Shown here: piece after piece, positions 36,475 to 46,211 of the stretch
Position numbering within the stretch: position 1 is the first letter of the stretch
Layout: each line of letters opens with the position of its first letter
Assembly (NCBI GenBank): GCA_022447205.1
Contig: JAKVBQ010000006.1
Location: 7,186-71,185 of the forward strand
Source of the DNA: Phycisphaerales bacterium
GTDB lineage: Bacteria; Planctomycetota; Phycisphaerae; Phycisphaerales; SM1A02
Reading direction: 5' to 3'
Length of the DNA: 64,000 bases
Notes under the pieces: generated by a model
Seen by the model: the letters and a program-made list of their open reading frames with translations, nothing else
Told to the model about the DNA's origin: nothing
Databases searched by the model: none
Translations under genes and position numbers: made by a program

Positions 36475-37404
36475 TCAGGTCGTCGCCGCATCCGGGCGAA
36501 GGAGTTCGAGTTTGACCAGATCTTCCAGTGGTTCGATGAAGCTGCAGGAACCGAAGCCGTGACAGAAGCGCTCACGAGCCTCCTCGATCCGAGGCAGGTC
36601 GATCACGCATTCGCCCCAGCCGATCGTGTCCGGGGTGATCGAGAAGTCATCGAGCGAGCGAGCATCGAGCAGGGCCGCGAGATCATCCTCGGACAGGTCG
36701 TCACCCCACCACGCCAGGCATCCGCCGATGAAGACGTTGAGGAACCCGAACTGATCGCACCCCACGGCGTCCGCGTGGTGGCGCAGCGGATGATGCAATC
36801 CGGCCGTCGCCTTGAAGGGCACTTCGGCACCACTGCAGGCGATGATGAATCGCGCCAGTTCAGCAGGCGTTGGATGGAGGTCCGGCGTGATCCCGCCGCT
36901 GCGCACCTTCGCACCGGCGTCCATGCCGGCCATCGCCGCGACGAGCCCGCGGATGTCGGTTCGATGATCGAGTTCGAAGTAGGGGAAGATCGACTCCGGC
37001 AGCTGTTCGAGCGCGTTGTCGATCTCCGCAGGATTGGAGGCGCGACACTCGATGGTGTCGACCACCACCGCCCCGGCGCCCCGGGCGACGTGTCGTTCAT
37101 TGAACGCCTCGATCGCATCGATGTGGTCGGCGAAGAGATCCTCGCCGGCCGGCGCGGTCAGTGCGCTGATCACCCAGCAGTCGTCCTGCGCGGGATCGTT
37201 CGAGACCGGAAGGAGCTTCTCGGCATGTCGTTCGAACTCCTCGAAGCGGGACACGGGAACGATCAGGCGGGAGAGCATCCAGCTGTCGTTGCAGGCACGA
37301 TGCTTCGCGTAGTTGTCGACGGTGGGCCCCATCTCGAGGTCCGCCGGAGGAAAGAGCCCGGCGTAGTCGAGAATGCCGTCCATCAGGGTGCGTATCGAGT
37401 CCAT
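36475..37404 (-). CDS. Conserved-looking hypothetical protein, apparently co-transcribed with fahA
   Basis: 309 aa from MDSIRTLMDGILDYAGLFPPA (ATG 37404). It ends 9 nt before the fahA start on the same strand. I recognise no domain. Notable motifs are KVRSGGITPD and FKATAGLHHPLRH. The upstream part of the 582-aa track ORF is rejected. Confidence 0.6.
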   Translation of the reverse strand: MDSIRTLMDGILDYAGLFPPADLEMGPTVDNYAKHRACNDSWMLSRLIVPVSRFEEFERHAEKLLPVSNDPAQDDCWVISALTAPAGEDLFADHIDAIEAFNERHVARGAGAVVVDTIECRASNPAEIDNALEQLPESIFPYFELDHRTDIRGLVAAMAGMDAGAKVRSGGITPDLHPTPAELARFIIACSGAEVPFKATAGLHHPLRHHADAVGCDQFGFLNVFIGGCLAWWGDDLSEDDLAALLDARSLDDFSITPDTIGWGECVIDLPRIEEARERFCHGFGSCSFIEPLEDLVKLELLRPDAATT

Positions 37405-37551
37405 GGTCCTGCTCCAGGGGTGACAGGGGATTCTATCCGACGAAGACGAAACCGGCGTGCATCCCCGACGATGGCAGCCGTCGAGCACCCGGAACCGGGG
37501 TTCTCGATACCCTAGCGGGGCACCGGAACACCCGTCCCGGAGGACTTCCTG

Positions 37552-38907
37552 TTGTCGGCGACACTCTCCCGGAATCCCCTGCTTCGCATCGCGGCACTCT
37601 GCGTGCTGTACTTCGCACAGGGCATCCCGTTCGGTTTCGTCACCTACGCCCTGATCGCGTGGCTGGCGGAACGGAAGGTCACGACCGAGGGCATCGCGAC
37701 GATCAGCGTGGCGGCGACGCTTCCCTGGGCGTTCAAGTGGGCCTGGGGTCCGATCGTGGACCGCTTCCAGATCCCAGAATACGGTCGACGCCGACCCTGG
37801 ATCATCTTCGCCCAGACGATGATGATCCTGACCGCGTTCATGATCGCCATCGTGCCGGACCCTGCGGATGCACTGAAGGTGCTCGCGACCGTGATCTTCA
37901 TCCACAACCTCTTCAGCGGTCTCCAGGACGTGGCGGTCGACGCTCTTGCGGTCGACCTGCTCCGACCCGAGGAACGGGGACGCGCGAACGGCTTCATGTA
38001 CGGATCGAAGTACGTCGGCACCGCGGTCGGTGCCGCGGGACTGGGTCTGGTCCTGTCCAGATCCGATGGCAGCCTGATGCCGGCGGTCCTTCTGATGATG
38101 GGACTGCTCGCGGCGATCATGTGCGTGCCGATCTTCATCCGCGAACGTCCCGGCGAGCGGATCCTTCCCCTGGTCACGCCCTCGACCGGCCACCTGACCA
38201 CGGAAGTCCCGACGGAAGAGCACTCCGACAACGCCTCGATCCAGGAACTCTTCCGACGACTGCTGGAGGCATTCGGACGTCGGAGCACCCTGATCGCGGC
38301 GCTCCTCGCGCTCCTGGTCTGGCTCCCGAACGGCATCGTCTACCCGGTGAGCATGACGCTCTTCATGGGCGAACTCGGCTGGACCCAGGAGGCATACACC
38401 TCGCTCACCGGCACGTGGGGCCTGGCGGCGGGCCTTGCCGGCGCGGTCCTCGGCGGTCTCCTCGCGGATGCCATCGGGGCGCGACGACTCGCCGGCACCG
38501 CGGCGGTCGTGCTGGGCATCCTGCTCGCCCTCTTCGGCATCGCACCCGATGCCTGGTGGCAGGACACGCAGTTCGTCAGCATCTACCTGGTCACTGAGCA
38601 GGGCGTCCAGGGCATGCTCAGCGTGTCGCTCTTCGCGATCTTCATGTCGGTCAGCTGGAAGGTGGTCGCCGCCACCCAGTTCACCGCCTACATGGCGATG
38701 CTCAATCTCAGCCAGTCGATGGGCAACACCCTCAGCCCGACGCTGGAATGGCTCTTCGGCGACATCCGGACGATGTTCATCATCGCCGCCGTCATCCAGG
38801 TGCTGGTGGTGCTGGCCCTCCCCTACTGTCGCCCCTGGAAGACGACCCAGACAACGACGCGTTCCGACTTGATCGACTCCTCGAATGAAGAGAAGCTGGA
38901 CCCATGA
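37552..38907 (+). CDS. MFS transporter, AmpG/PAT family
   Basis: 451 aa with a TTG start per the track. YFAQGIPFGFV, LPWAFKWAWGPIVDRF and RRRPWI are AmpG-family signatures. Confidence 0.8.
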   Translation: MSATLSRNPLLRIAALCVLYFAQGIPFGFVTYALIAWLAERKVTTEGIATISVAATLPWAFKWAWGPIVDRFQIPEYGRRRPWIIFAQTMMILTAFMIAIVPDPADALKVLATVIFIHNLFSGLQDVAVDALAVDLLRPEERGRANGFMYGSKYVGTAVGAAGLGLVLSRSDGSLMPAVLLMMGLLAAIMCVPIFIRERPGERILPLVTPSTGHLTTEVPTEEHSDNASIQELFRRLLEAFGRRSTLIAALLALLVWLPNGIVYPVSMTLFMGELGWTQEAYTSLTGTWGLAAGLAGAVLGGLLADAIGARRLAGTAAVVLGILLALFGIAPDAWWQDTQFVSIYLVTEQGVQGMLSVSLFAIFMSVSWKVVAATQFTAYMAMLNLSQSMGNTLSPTLEWLFGDIRTMFIIAAVIQVLVVLALPYCRPWKTTQTTTRSDLIDSSNEEKLDP

Positions 38908-40124
38908 ACACCCTGATCATGATGCTGTATCCGTTGCTTTCGATGGCCGCGACCGGTGACCACCTCGTCCCGCTGCCGCTCCACAACGGCGAGACCACCA
39001 ACGGTGAACACTGGGGCTGGATGCATCCCGAATCCCGGGGTGGCGGACCGCTCGAACCGGACGGCGCGGCACGAGTGACCCCCCTCGAACAGGATCCGGA
39101 CTTCAAGACCGGGTTCTTCGAAGGCCACGTGCTCGCACTGGATGCCGGTGCGACCGCGGTGATCAACGTCGCGGACCGGACCGGCGCGAGCATCAGGCTC
39201 CTCCCGGGGCGGACCTATCAACTGGCCTGGAACCAGGGCGCACTCGCCGTGGATCCTCCCCCCATCGTCGCGGTCTACCTGATCGACCAGAACCTGCGGG
39301 AGGTGCCCGGCACCCGGACCGTCGAGACCTCGACGGCCATCGGTGGAGCGGGCTGGTCACGACGACAGGCTCGCTTCACGATGCCGACCGGGGAAACGGA
39401 CGAAGGCGGCGGGCACATGATCACCTTCCAGAACCTTGCGAAGGCGGATGCCCCCAGGAACTCGATCGCCGCGATCGACAAGGTGACGATCGCCGAGGTG
39501 GGTGCCGATGAACAGGGTGCGTTCCGAAGCCTCTTCGACGGTGTCTCCCTCGAAGGCTGGACCGGTGCGATGAAGGGCTACCGGGTCAGGGACGGTGCGA
39601 TCGAGCTCGACACCAGCGCGAACGCCTGGGGCAACCTCTATACAAAGGACGAGTTCTCCGATTTCATCCTGCGGTTCGAGTTCCGGTTGACGCCGGGCGC
39701 GAACAACGGCATCGGGATCAGGGCACCGCTCGGCGGGGACGCGGCCTACCAGGGCATGGAGCTTCAGGTGCTCGACAACAACCATCCCAAGTATGCCGGC
39801 CTCAAGTCCTGGCAGTACCACGCCTCGATCTACGGGATCGCACCCGCCCGCCGCGGCTACCAGTTGCCGGTGGGCACGTGGAACCAGCAGGAGATCATGG
39901 TGGAGGGTCGGCGGGTCAGGGTCGTCCTGAACGGCGAGGTGATCCTCGACCAGGACCTCGACGAAGCCACGAAGGACGGCACCCTCTCCGAACGGGAACA
40001 CCCCGGACTGGCCCGCACCAGCGGGCACATCGGGTTCTGCGGGCATGGGGACGAGGTCGCGTTCCGGAACATCCGGGTCAAGGACCTCGGGACCACGAAT
40101 GCAGGCAACACCCCTGGAAGTTGA
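38904..40124 (+). CDS. Secreted protein with N-terminal beta-sandwich-like domain and C-terminal DUF1080 (3-keto-disaccharide hydrolase-like) domain
   Basis: ATGA overlap with the upstream MFS gene. The DUF1080 pattern is present: FRSLFDGVSLEGWTG...GNLYTKDEFSDFILRFEFRL...NNGIGIRAP...GHIGFCGHGDEVAFRNIRVKDL. Confidence 0.8.
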   Translation: MNTLIMMLYPLLSMAATGDHLVPLPLHNGETTNGEHWGWMHPESRGGGPLEPDGAARVTPLEQDPDFKTGFFEGHVLALDAGATAVINVADRTGASIRLLPGRTYQLAWNQGALAVDPPPIVAVYLIDQNLREVPGTRTVETSTAIGGAGWSRRQARFTMPTGETDEGGGHMITFQNLAKADAPRNSIAAIDKVTIAEVGADEQGAFRSLFDGVSLEGWTGAMKGYRVRDGAIELDTSANAWGNLYTKDEFSDFILRFEFRLTPGANNGIGIRAPLGGDAAYQGMELQVLDNNHPKYAGLKSWQYHASIYGIAPARRGYQLPVGTWNQQEIMVEGRRVRVVLNGEVILDQDLDEATKDGTLSEREHPGLARTSGHIGFCGHGDEVAFRNIRVKDLGTTNAGNTPGS

Positions 40125-40221
40125 CCAGACCGGCACCCAGAGTCGATAGAATCACCAGACGACCCCGCCCCGAGACACCGCTCGGGACCCCCAGGTCCCG
40201 GCCCCAGAACAGGAGTTCCCA

Positions 40222-41583
40222 GTGAGCAACCTCAACCGACGTACGTTCATCAAGACCACCCTTGGCAGTGCCGCCGCAGCATCGATGGCAGGCATGGCCT
40301 GGAAGCCCTATCGGGGCCGAGGTGGATCGCTTGAACTGCTCCGGGTCGCCTCGGTCGGTGTCGGTGGCATGGGATGGAGCGACCTGAATCGCGTGAGCGA
40401 CCACGCCGCGGTCGAGATCGCCGCACTCTGCGACGTCGACTCGAACAACCTCGGTCGTGCCCGAGACATCTTCGAGGACGCGCGCGGCTTCAGCGACTGG
40501 CGTGAGATGTTCGGTGCCATGGGCAATGAGATCGATGCGGTCACCGTCTCGACCCCGGACCACATGCACGCCCCGGTCACCATGACCGCCCTGATGAACA
40601 ACAAGCACGTCTACTGCCAGAAGCCCCTGACCCACACCATCCATGAGTCACGCCGGATGGTCGAGGTCGCCAAGCGGAAGCCGCTGCTCACCACGCAGAT
40701 GGGCACCCAGAACGCCTCCCGCCAGCACAAGCGCCAGGCGCAGCAGATGCTCACCGACGGCATCATCGGCGAGGTCAAGGCGATCCACGCCTGGAGCGAT
40801 CGACCCGCGGGTTGGTGGCCGCAGGGCAAGGACCGGCCCTCCGGAAACGATCCCGTCCCGGGGTACCTCAAGTGGGACCTCTGGCTCGGCGTCGCACCGA
40901 CGCGTCCGTACGTGAGCGAGACCTATGCACCCTTCAAGTGGCGTGGCATCCGCGACTTCGGCTGTGGCGCGCTGGGTGACATGGCCTGCCACATCGCGGA
41001 CACCCCGATCCAGGCCTTCCGTCTCTACAAGCCGACCAGCGTGCTGGTCGAGGCGACCGATGCCACCGCGGACATGTTCCCCTCGACCGAGCGGGTCATC
41101 ATCGAATTCGCAGGCGTCGACGCCAGTGGCGGCAAGCCGGTCACCCTCTCCTGGACCGACGGCGGCCGCAAGCCGACTCCCCAGGAACTCGGTGTCGCCG
41201 AGGACGTGGAACTGCTCGCCAACTGCTGCGCGGTCATCGGCAGCAAGGCGACCATGCTCGTCGACCAGGAAAAGGGATTCCTCGAGATGTGGTCCGACGG
41301 CAAGCGGATGGACTTCAAGAAGCCGAACCTCGAAGGCCGGAACCACTGGCACCAGTGGGTGGATGCCGCCTTCGACGGCGACCAGACCCAGTCGAACTTC
41401 ATCTTCGCAGGCCGGATGTGCGAGACCCTCGCCCTCGGCGCCCTCGCATCGAGGTTCCCGAACCAGAAGCTCAAGTACGACTCGAAGTCGATGACGTTCC
41501 CCGACTTCCCCGAAGCGAACCAGTGGGTGAAGACCGACTATCGCGAAGGCTGGGCGGTCAAGGGACTCAGCGAGCAGACCTGA
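40222..41583 (+). CDS. Gfo/Idh/MocA-family oxidoreductase with twin-arginine signal
   Basis: The GTG start is preceded by AGGAG. TAT-like N-terminus NRRTFIKTTLGSAAAASMAG. Rossmann segment VASVGVGGMGWSD...ALCDVD. STPDHMH motif. Confidence 0.88.
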   Translation: MSNLNRRTFIKTTLGSAAAASMAGMAWKPYRGRGGSLELLRVASVGVGGMGWSDLNRVSDHAAVEIAALCDVDSNNLGRARDIFEDARGFSDWREMFGAMGNEIDAVTVSTPDHMHAPVTMTALMNNKHVYCQKPLTHTIHESRRMVEVAKRKPLLTTQMGTQNASRQHKRQAQQMLTDGIIGEVKAIHAWSDRPAGWWPQGKDRPSGNDPVPGYLKWDLWLGVAPTRPYVSETYAPFKWRGIRDFGCGALGDMACHIADTPIQAFRLYKPTSVLVEATDATADMFPSTERVIIEFAGVDASGGKPVTLSWTDGGRKPTPQELGVAEDVELLANCCAVIGSKATMLVDQEKGFLEMWSDGKRMDFKKPNLEGRNHWHQWVDAAFDGDQTQSNFIFAGRMCETLALGALASRFPNQKLKYDSKSMTFPDFPEANQWVKTDYREGWAVKGLSEQT

Positions 41584-41643
41584 GCACCCATCGGGACGCG
41601 CCTGGAATGGTCAGTTCATGAGGTGTGAGGTCCTGGATCGACT

Positions 41644-42801
41644 TCACTCGGCATCCGCGCCCTTCACCTCGATGGCAGGAAGCGGCGATTCGACCAGGAC
41701 CGTGGCTTCGAGACCGTTGCCACTGCCTCGATCGCCGGCACAGGTGGCAAGTCTCATCCGATCCCCCTCGACCAGCATGGCGACGTAGCAGTACCAGCCG
41801 TCAGGGTGATCGAACAGCAGTCGACGTGGTCCCCAGGTACGGCCGTCGTCACTCGACCGGGCGGCGACCAGGGGTGTCCTTGGTGCCGTGGACGGATCGG
41901 TTCGTTCGAGCGGCGGCTCGTTCCAGATCGCGAGCAGGTCGCCGTCGGCAAGCCGTTCGATCGTGGCGGGACTCAACGGGGAACGAAGTGTCCAGGCTTC
42001 CGGTGTCGTCCAGGTCGCACCGAGATCGCTGGAGCGACAGACATACTGAACACCGGCGTTGGTCCTGGCGAACATGTGGATCGAGCCGTCTCGAGCCTGG
42101 AAGAGCCCGGGCTCCTGGAGCGCGACCCCCGGTACCTCGGGAGCCCAGGCACCGACCGACCATGTCATGCCACCGTCCGTCGAACGATGACACCGGAGTC
42201 GACCCGCGGGGTTGAACCGTTCACCAACACCCGCTCCCGCGTGCCGGGCGATCGCCAGCAGCAACGTGCCGTCTTCAAGCTGGAGGACCCGGTCGTTGTT
42301 GAGCACGTCGTACCCGACATCGCCTTCGGGCACGATCGCCACCGGATCGCTCCAGCTGGCCCCCTGGTCATCGGAGAAGCGGACGACGGGACGACAGTCC
42401 TGCAATGACCGCTTGTGCAGGTGGAAGAGGGCCAGTCGATCCTCGGCAAGTCGACGCAGGCTCACGCTCATGACGTTCATGCCATCGTGCGCCGAGACGA
42501 CCGACACGTCAGGGGTCCAGGTGTCCTCTTCCGGGTGGTAGCGCGCGCCATGCAGGGACGCCGGATCATGGTCCCCGCCGGTCCCGGAGTCGAACCGAGT
42601 CCAGATGAAGAGCAGCGAGCCATCATCGAGACGCAGGAGGTCCCCTTCACTGTTGCGGGGGTTGGAGGGGCCGGGGGGCAGGTGCCGAAGCACGCGAACC
42701 TCCCCGGAAGCGGGCGTGGCAGGGCCATCAGGCATGTCGAGGACTCCGACACCCTCCTGAAAGGGCAGGCAAAGGGCCATGAGGAGCAGGAGGAGGGGCA
42801 T
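41644..42801 (-). CDS. BNR-repeat sialidase-like glycoside hydrolase (secreted)
   Basis: 385 aa with a signal peptide MPLLLLLMALCLP. Four Asp-box/BNR motifs: SDDQGASW, STDGGMTW, SSDLGATW, SSDDGRTW. Confidence 0.8.
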   Translation of the reverse strand: MPLLLLLMALCLPFQEGVGVLDMPDGPATPASGEVRVLRHLPPGPSNPRNSEGDLLRLDDGSLLFIWTRFDSGTGGDHDPASLHGARYHPEEDTWTPDVSVVSAHDGMNVMSVSLRRLAEDRLALFHLHKRSLQDCRPVVRFSDDQGASWSDPVAIVPEGDVGYDVLNNDRVLQLEDGTLLLAIARHAGAGVGERFNPAGRLRCHRSTDGGMTWSVGAWAPEVPGVALQEPGLFQARDGSIHMFARTNAGVQYVCRSSDLGATWTTPEAWTLRSPLSPATIERLADGDLLAIWNEPPLERTDPSTAPRTPLVAARSSDDGRTWGPRRLLFDHPDGWYCYVAMLVEGDRMRLATCAGDRGSGNGLEATVLVESPLPAIEVKGADAE

Positions 42802-43438
42802 GAACGGATTCCACTGGGGTCAGGATGCCCCGCCTATCGGTCAAAAAGTCGCTCCGAATGCAGGATTCATCGTTGTCTCGGGGCACCGGGAGGGGGAAAA
42901 TGCGGGCAGAGAGAATGTAAGTGACATCCTGACTCCCAGACGACCACGAGCGACCAGCCGGTGGAGACTCGTTTCGGACTTCCCGAGAGAGGCTGTCCGA
43001 GACACCGAAGGCTGCTTGCCCACGTCGGCTTGAAGACTCCCAGGGACTGTCACTTGCACCACATGCGGGAAGAGGCGACACGTGCTGCACGGACTCGTGC
43101 ACTGCGACCTGTCTTCGGTTGAACGCCGCAACGGCGTGACTCCGAAGACGAGTTTCGCAAGACGAGCCGAGGCGCGAAGGCTGTCTCATTGCCGATGCTT
43201 TCAGCATGAACAAGAGGGTGACGAGAACTGCTTGTTTTCAAGGGATTTTGCCCACGCAAGAAAAATGCGAGTTTCCGTCAAAGGACAAACTATGTCTTGC
43301 CAACCCGCACAACCAGGTGGAAGATTATGCGTGAAGAAGCTTCCCCCCTGCTTTCCCTTATTCCCTCAAAGTTTTACAGCAGAGCGCGTCCGGGGGACTT
43401 GGGCGCGTACTCCAAAGAGAAGAGAGTTGGAGACTCAA

Positions 43439-44152
43439 ATGAAATTCCTCGCAACATTGGGTGCATGCAGTGCACTCGCGGCGACTTCGGCCCTTTCGGC
43501 CGACTTTGCCGGCTTCAGTTCAGACGGCTGGTACGGCATGAACCTGGATGGTTCGTCTGCCGATATCAACGGTGGCGCAGAATTCTGCGTGATCGACATC
43601 TACGCTCAGTACGACAGCAATGAGAGCGATGGCTTCCCATCCGCGGATTCCACCGTGCTCAGCCTGTTCGACGCGACCATCGAGATGAGCGATGGCCGTA
43701 CCTTCAACCAGGCGGACGTCGCCGGCGGTTCCTGGGATCCGAAGTTCAGCTTCGATCTTCCCAGCGCAGGCAGCCTCCCCTGGGTCGACAGCTTCGTCAC
43801 GATCGGTGGCAACCCCGGTGCGACCAACAACACGAACCTCGACCCCAACTTCGACCCCTCCACCGGCGGATTCGTCCCGAGTGGTGCAGGCTGGTTCACC
43901 GGCGCCCCCGAAGCCCTTCAGGGTCGCGTTGACGGGAACCTCCAGACCCTCGTGGGTCGTTTCGTCGTCACCAACATCGACGCTGCAGGCGAGTCGATCT
44001 CCTTCAGCTCCCAGATGTCCTACAACTACGGCATCGGCACCGGCACCTACTTCGCTGACGGCTCCGGCAGCTGGGAAATCCCGGTTCCGGCACCTGGTGC
44101 ACTTGCCCTCCTCGGCATTGGTGGCCTCGCCACTCGCCGACGTCGCGCCTGA
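43439..44152 (+). CDS. PEP-CTERM sorting-domain protein
   Basis: 237 aa from MKFLATLGACSALAATSALSA (signal peptide; GGAG upstream). The C-terminus VPAPGALALLGIGGLATRRRRA has the PEP-like motif, a TM helix and an Arg cluster. Confidence 0.8.
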   Translation: MKFLATLGACSALAATSALSADFAGFSSDGWYGMNLDGSSADINGGAEFCVIDIYAQYDSNESDGFPSADSTVLSLFDATIEMSDGRTFNQADVAGGSWDPKFSFDLPSAGSLPWVDSFVTIGGNPGATNNTNLDPNFDPSTGGFVPSGAGWFTGAPEALQGRVDGNLQTLVGRFVVTNIDAAGESISFSSQMSYNYGIGTGTYFADGSGSWEIPVPAPGALALLGIGGLATRRRRA

Positions 44153-44225
44153 GACCGTCTGACGGTTTCACCGGACGCCCACTGACATCGAGCCCTGCTC
44201 GTTGTCGGAATGGAAGCTCTTCACG

Positions 44226-44259
44226 CCGCCGCGCACGAACGTGCGCGGCGGTTCTTTTT
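44226..44259 (+). terminator. Rho-independent terminator after the PEP-CTERM gene
   Basis: Perfect 11-bp GC-rich stem CCGCCGCGCAC / GTGCGCGGCGG with loop GAAC, followed by TTCTTTTT. Confidence 0.8.
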
Positions 44260-44324
44260 CGGTTGGATGCTGAAACCATGACCCAGGAGAGCACCATCAC
44301 GTTGGAGACGCTAAAGTTGCCCCA

Positions 44325-45011
44325 ATGTCCAGCGTCATCGACATCCAGAAACTGCAGTTCGCGTACGGCGGCACGCCGTTCCGGCTTCAGGTCGACGGCT
44401 TTCATCTCCAGACACGGGAGCGTGTGGCACTCATCGGCCCCAGCGGCTGCGGCAAGTCCACGTTGCTCGGTCTCATCGCCGGCATCCTGAGTCCGAGCAC
44501 AGGCTCCGTCGAAACCGTCGGAACACGAGTCGATTCGCTGGGACAGGGTGCTTGCAGGCAGCTCCGGCTCGAGTCGATCGGCTTCGTCTTCCAGGAGTTC
44601 AGACTCCTCGAGTACCTGTCGGTCAGGGACTCCATCCTGCTCCCCCTCCGACTCGCCGGCCGCGCCATCGACGGCGCCACGAACGAACGCGTGCAGGCAC
44701 TCGCCTCAAGGGCCGGCATCGCCCACCTGCTGAAGCGCCGGCCGGCAAGACTGTCCCAGGGGGAACGCCAGCGTGCCGCGATCTGCAGGGCACTCATCAG
44801 CGAACCACGGCTGGTGCTCGCTGATGAACCGACCGGCAACCTCGATCCGATGACCGGGGAGGCGGTGCTGGACCTGCTCTTCGAGGAAGTCGATGCCGCC
44901 GGGGCCGCGATGCTGATGGTGACCCACCAGCACGAGATCCTCCCGCGATTCGATCGGGTCGTGAACCTCGGAGAGACCTCGAACGAGGCTTCAACGGAGG
45001 ACTCGCGATGA
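44325..45011 (+). CDS. ABC transporter ATP-binding protein (MacB/LolD/FtsE-like)
   Basis: 228 aa with Walker A GPSGCGKST, signature LSQGERQRAAICRAL and Walker B LVLADEPTGNLD. Confidence 0.9.
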   Translation: MSSVIDIQKLQFAYGGTPFRLQVDGFHLQTRERVALIGPSGCGKSTLLGLIAGILSPSTGSVETVGTRVDSLGQGACRQLRLESIGFVFQEFRLLEYLSVRDSILLPLRLAGRAIDGATNERVQALASRAGIAHLLKRRPARLSQGERQRAAICRALISEPRLVLADEPTGNLDPMTGEAVLDLLFEEVDAAGAAMLMVTHQHEILPRFDRVVNLGETSNEASTEDSR

Positions 45012-46198
45012 ACGGACGCGCCCTCTGCCATGCCTGCGGACTGGCCTGGAGACATCTGTGCTTCCATGGTGTTCGAAGCGGGATTCTCGTGCTCTCACTC
45101 GCGATCTCGATCGCGCTGCCCCTCGTGATGCAGTCACTGGTCACTCGAGGCGAGGAAGCCACGACGGAACGTGCCGAACGCACTCCGATGATGATCGGCG
45201 CCCCCGGCGGCAGCGTCGATCTCGTCCTCGGTGCACTCTGGTTCCTTCCCGAGGAACTGAAACCGCTGAAGGCGGGGGAAGCCATGGAGATCAACGAGTC
45301 GGGACTCGCATCTGCGATTCCGCTCTCGCTGACCTCCCGCGCCTCCGGGTATCCCGTGGTGGGCACGAACATCGAATACCTGTCATTCCGCGAGACCCGC
45401 ATCGAGTCGGGACGGCCCTTCGCGGTGCCGGGTGAATGCGTCCTCGGATCCGAGGTCGCTCGGGCCAGGAACCTCGGTCCCGGCGACACGATCCTGACCG
45501 ACCCGGACGGCCTGTTCGACATCGGTGGCGGCTATCCGCTCAGGCTGCGGATCACCGGAGTCCTCGCCCCCACCAAGACGCCGGATGATGCGGCGGTGTT
45601 CTGCGACCTGCGAACCAGCTGGATCATCGCGGGACACGGCCACGTGCACATCGAAGTGTCGGAAACAAGCAATCCCGGTGCGATCATGGGGGAGAACGAC
45701 GGGCGACCGATCGCGAGCTCCGCCGTGACGCCCTACACGGAGCTGACCCCGGAGCTGCTCTCGACGCTGCACTTCCACGGCGAACCCGAGGACCTGCCGG
45801 TCGAGGCGATCATCCTGATTCCCCGGGATGCGAAGAGCGGCACGATCCTCGCCGGCCGAATCGGACTTCGGGACGACGTCTCGCTCGTGAACCCGACCGA
45901 GGTCGTCCGTGAAGTCCTCGAGCGCGTCTTCCAGATCGGTGCACTGCTCGCGGGGATCCTGGTGGCGACCGGCATCGCGACGCTCGGCGTCGTCCTCCTG
46001 GTCCTCGCACTCTCGATCCGCCTTCGCAAGGAGGAACTGGACACCCTCGCGAGAATCGGCGCCTCGAGGGGAACGACACTGACCCTGCTCCTGGCGGAAG
46101 TCATCATGCTGGCCGCCCTGGCCGGTGTCATCGCCCTGATCGCCCTGATCGCCTCGGCGGAACTGCCCGCCGACCTCGTACTCCGACTCGCCACCTGA
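45008..46198 (+). CDS. FtsX/MacB-type ABC transporter permease with large periplasmic domain
   Basis: ATGA overlap with the ATPase gene. One N-terminal TM, a ~270-aa extracytoplasmic domain, then a C-terminal 3-TM FtsX-like bundle (IGALLAGILVATGIATLGVVLLVLALSIRLRKEELDTLARIGASRG). Confidence 0.8.
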   Translation: MNGRALCHACGLAWRHLCFHGVRSGILVLSLAISIALPLVMQSLVTRGEEATTERAERTPMMIGAPGGSVDLVLGALWFLPEELKPLKAGEAMEINESGLASAIPLSLTSRASGYPVVGTNIEYLSFRETRIESGRPFAVPGECVLGSEVARARNLGPGDTILTDPDGLFDIGGGYPLRLRITGVLAPTKTPDDAAVFCDLRTSWIIAGHGHVHIEVSETSNPGAIMGENDGRPIASSAVTPYTELTPELLSTLHFHGEPEDLPVEAIILIPRDAKSGTILAGRIGLRDDVSLVNPTEVVREVLERVFQIGALLAGILVATGIATLGVVLLVLALSIRLRKEELDTLARIGASRGTTLTLLLAEVIMLAALAGVIALIALIASAELPADLVLRLAT

Positions 46199-46211
46199 TG
46201 GACCACCACTC

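Noticed and set aside
36475-38223. 582-aa version of the ORF upstream of fahA, and similarly the 639-aa version of 47159-49078
   Set aside because: The N-terminal extensions are Arg/Asp/His-rich and low-complexity. They overlap well-supported genes on the opposite strand (the AmpG-like MFS gene and the DUF308 gene). Internal ATGs at 37404 and 48376 give compact, plausible proteins.
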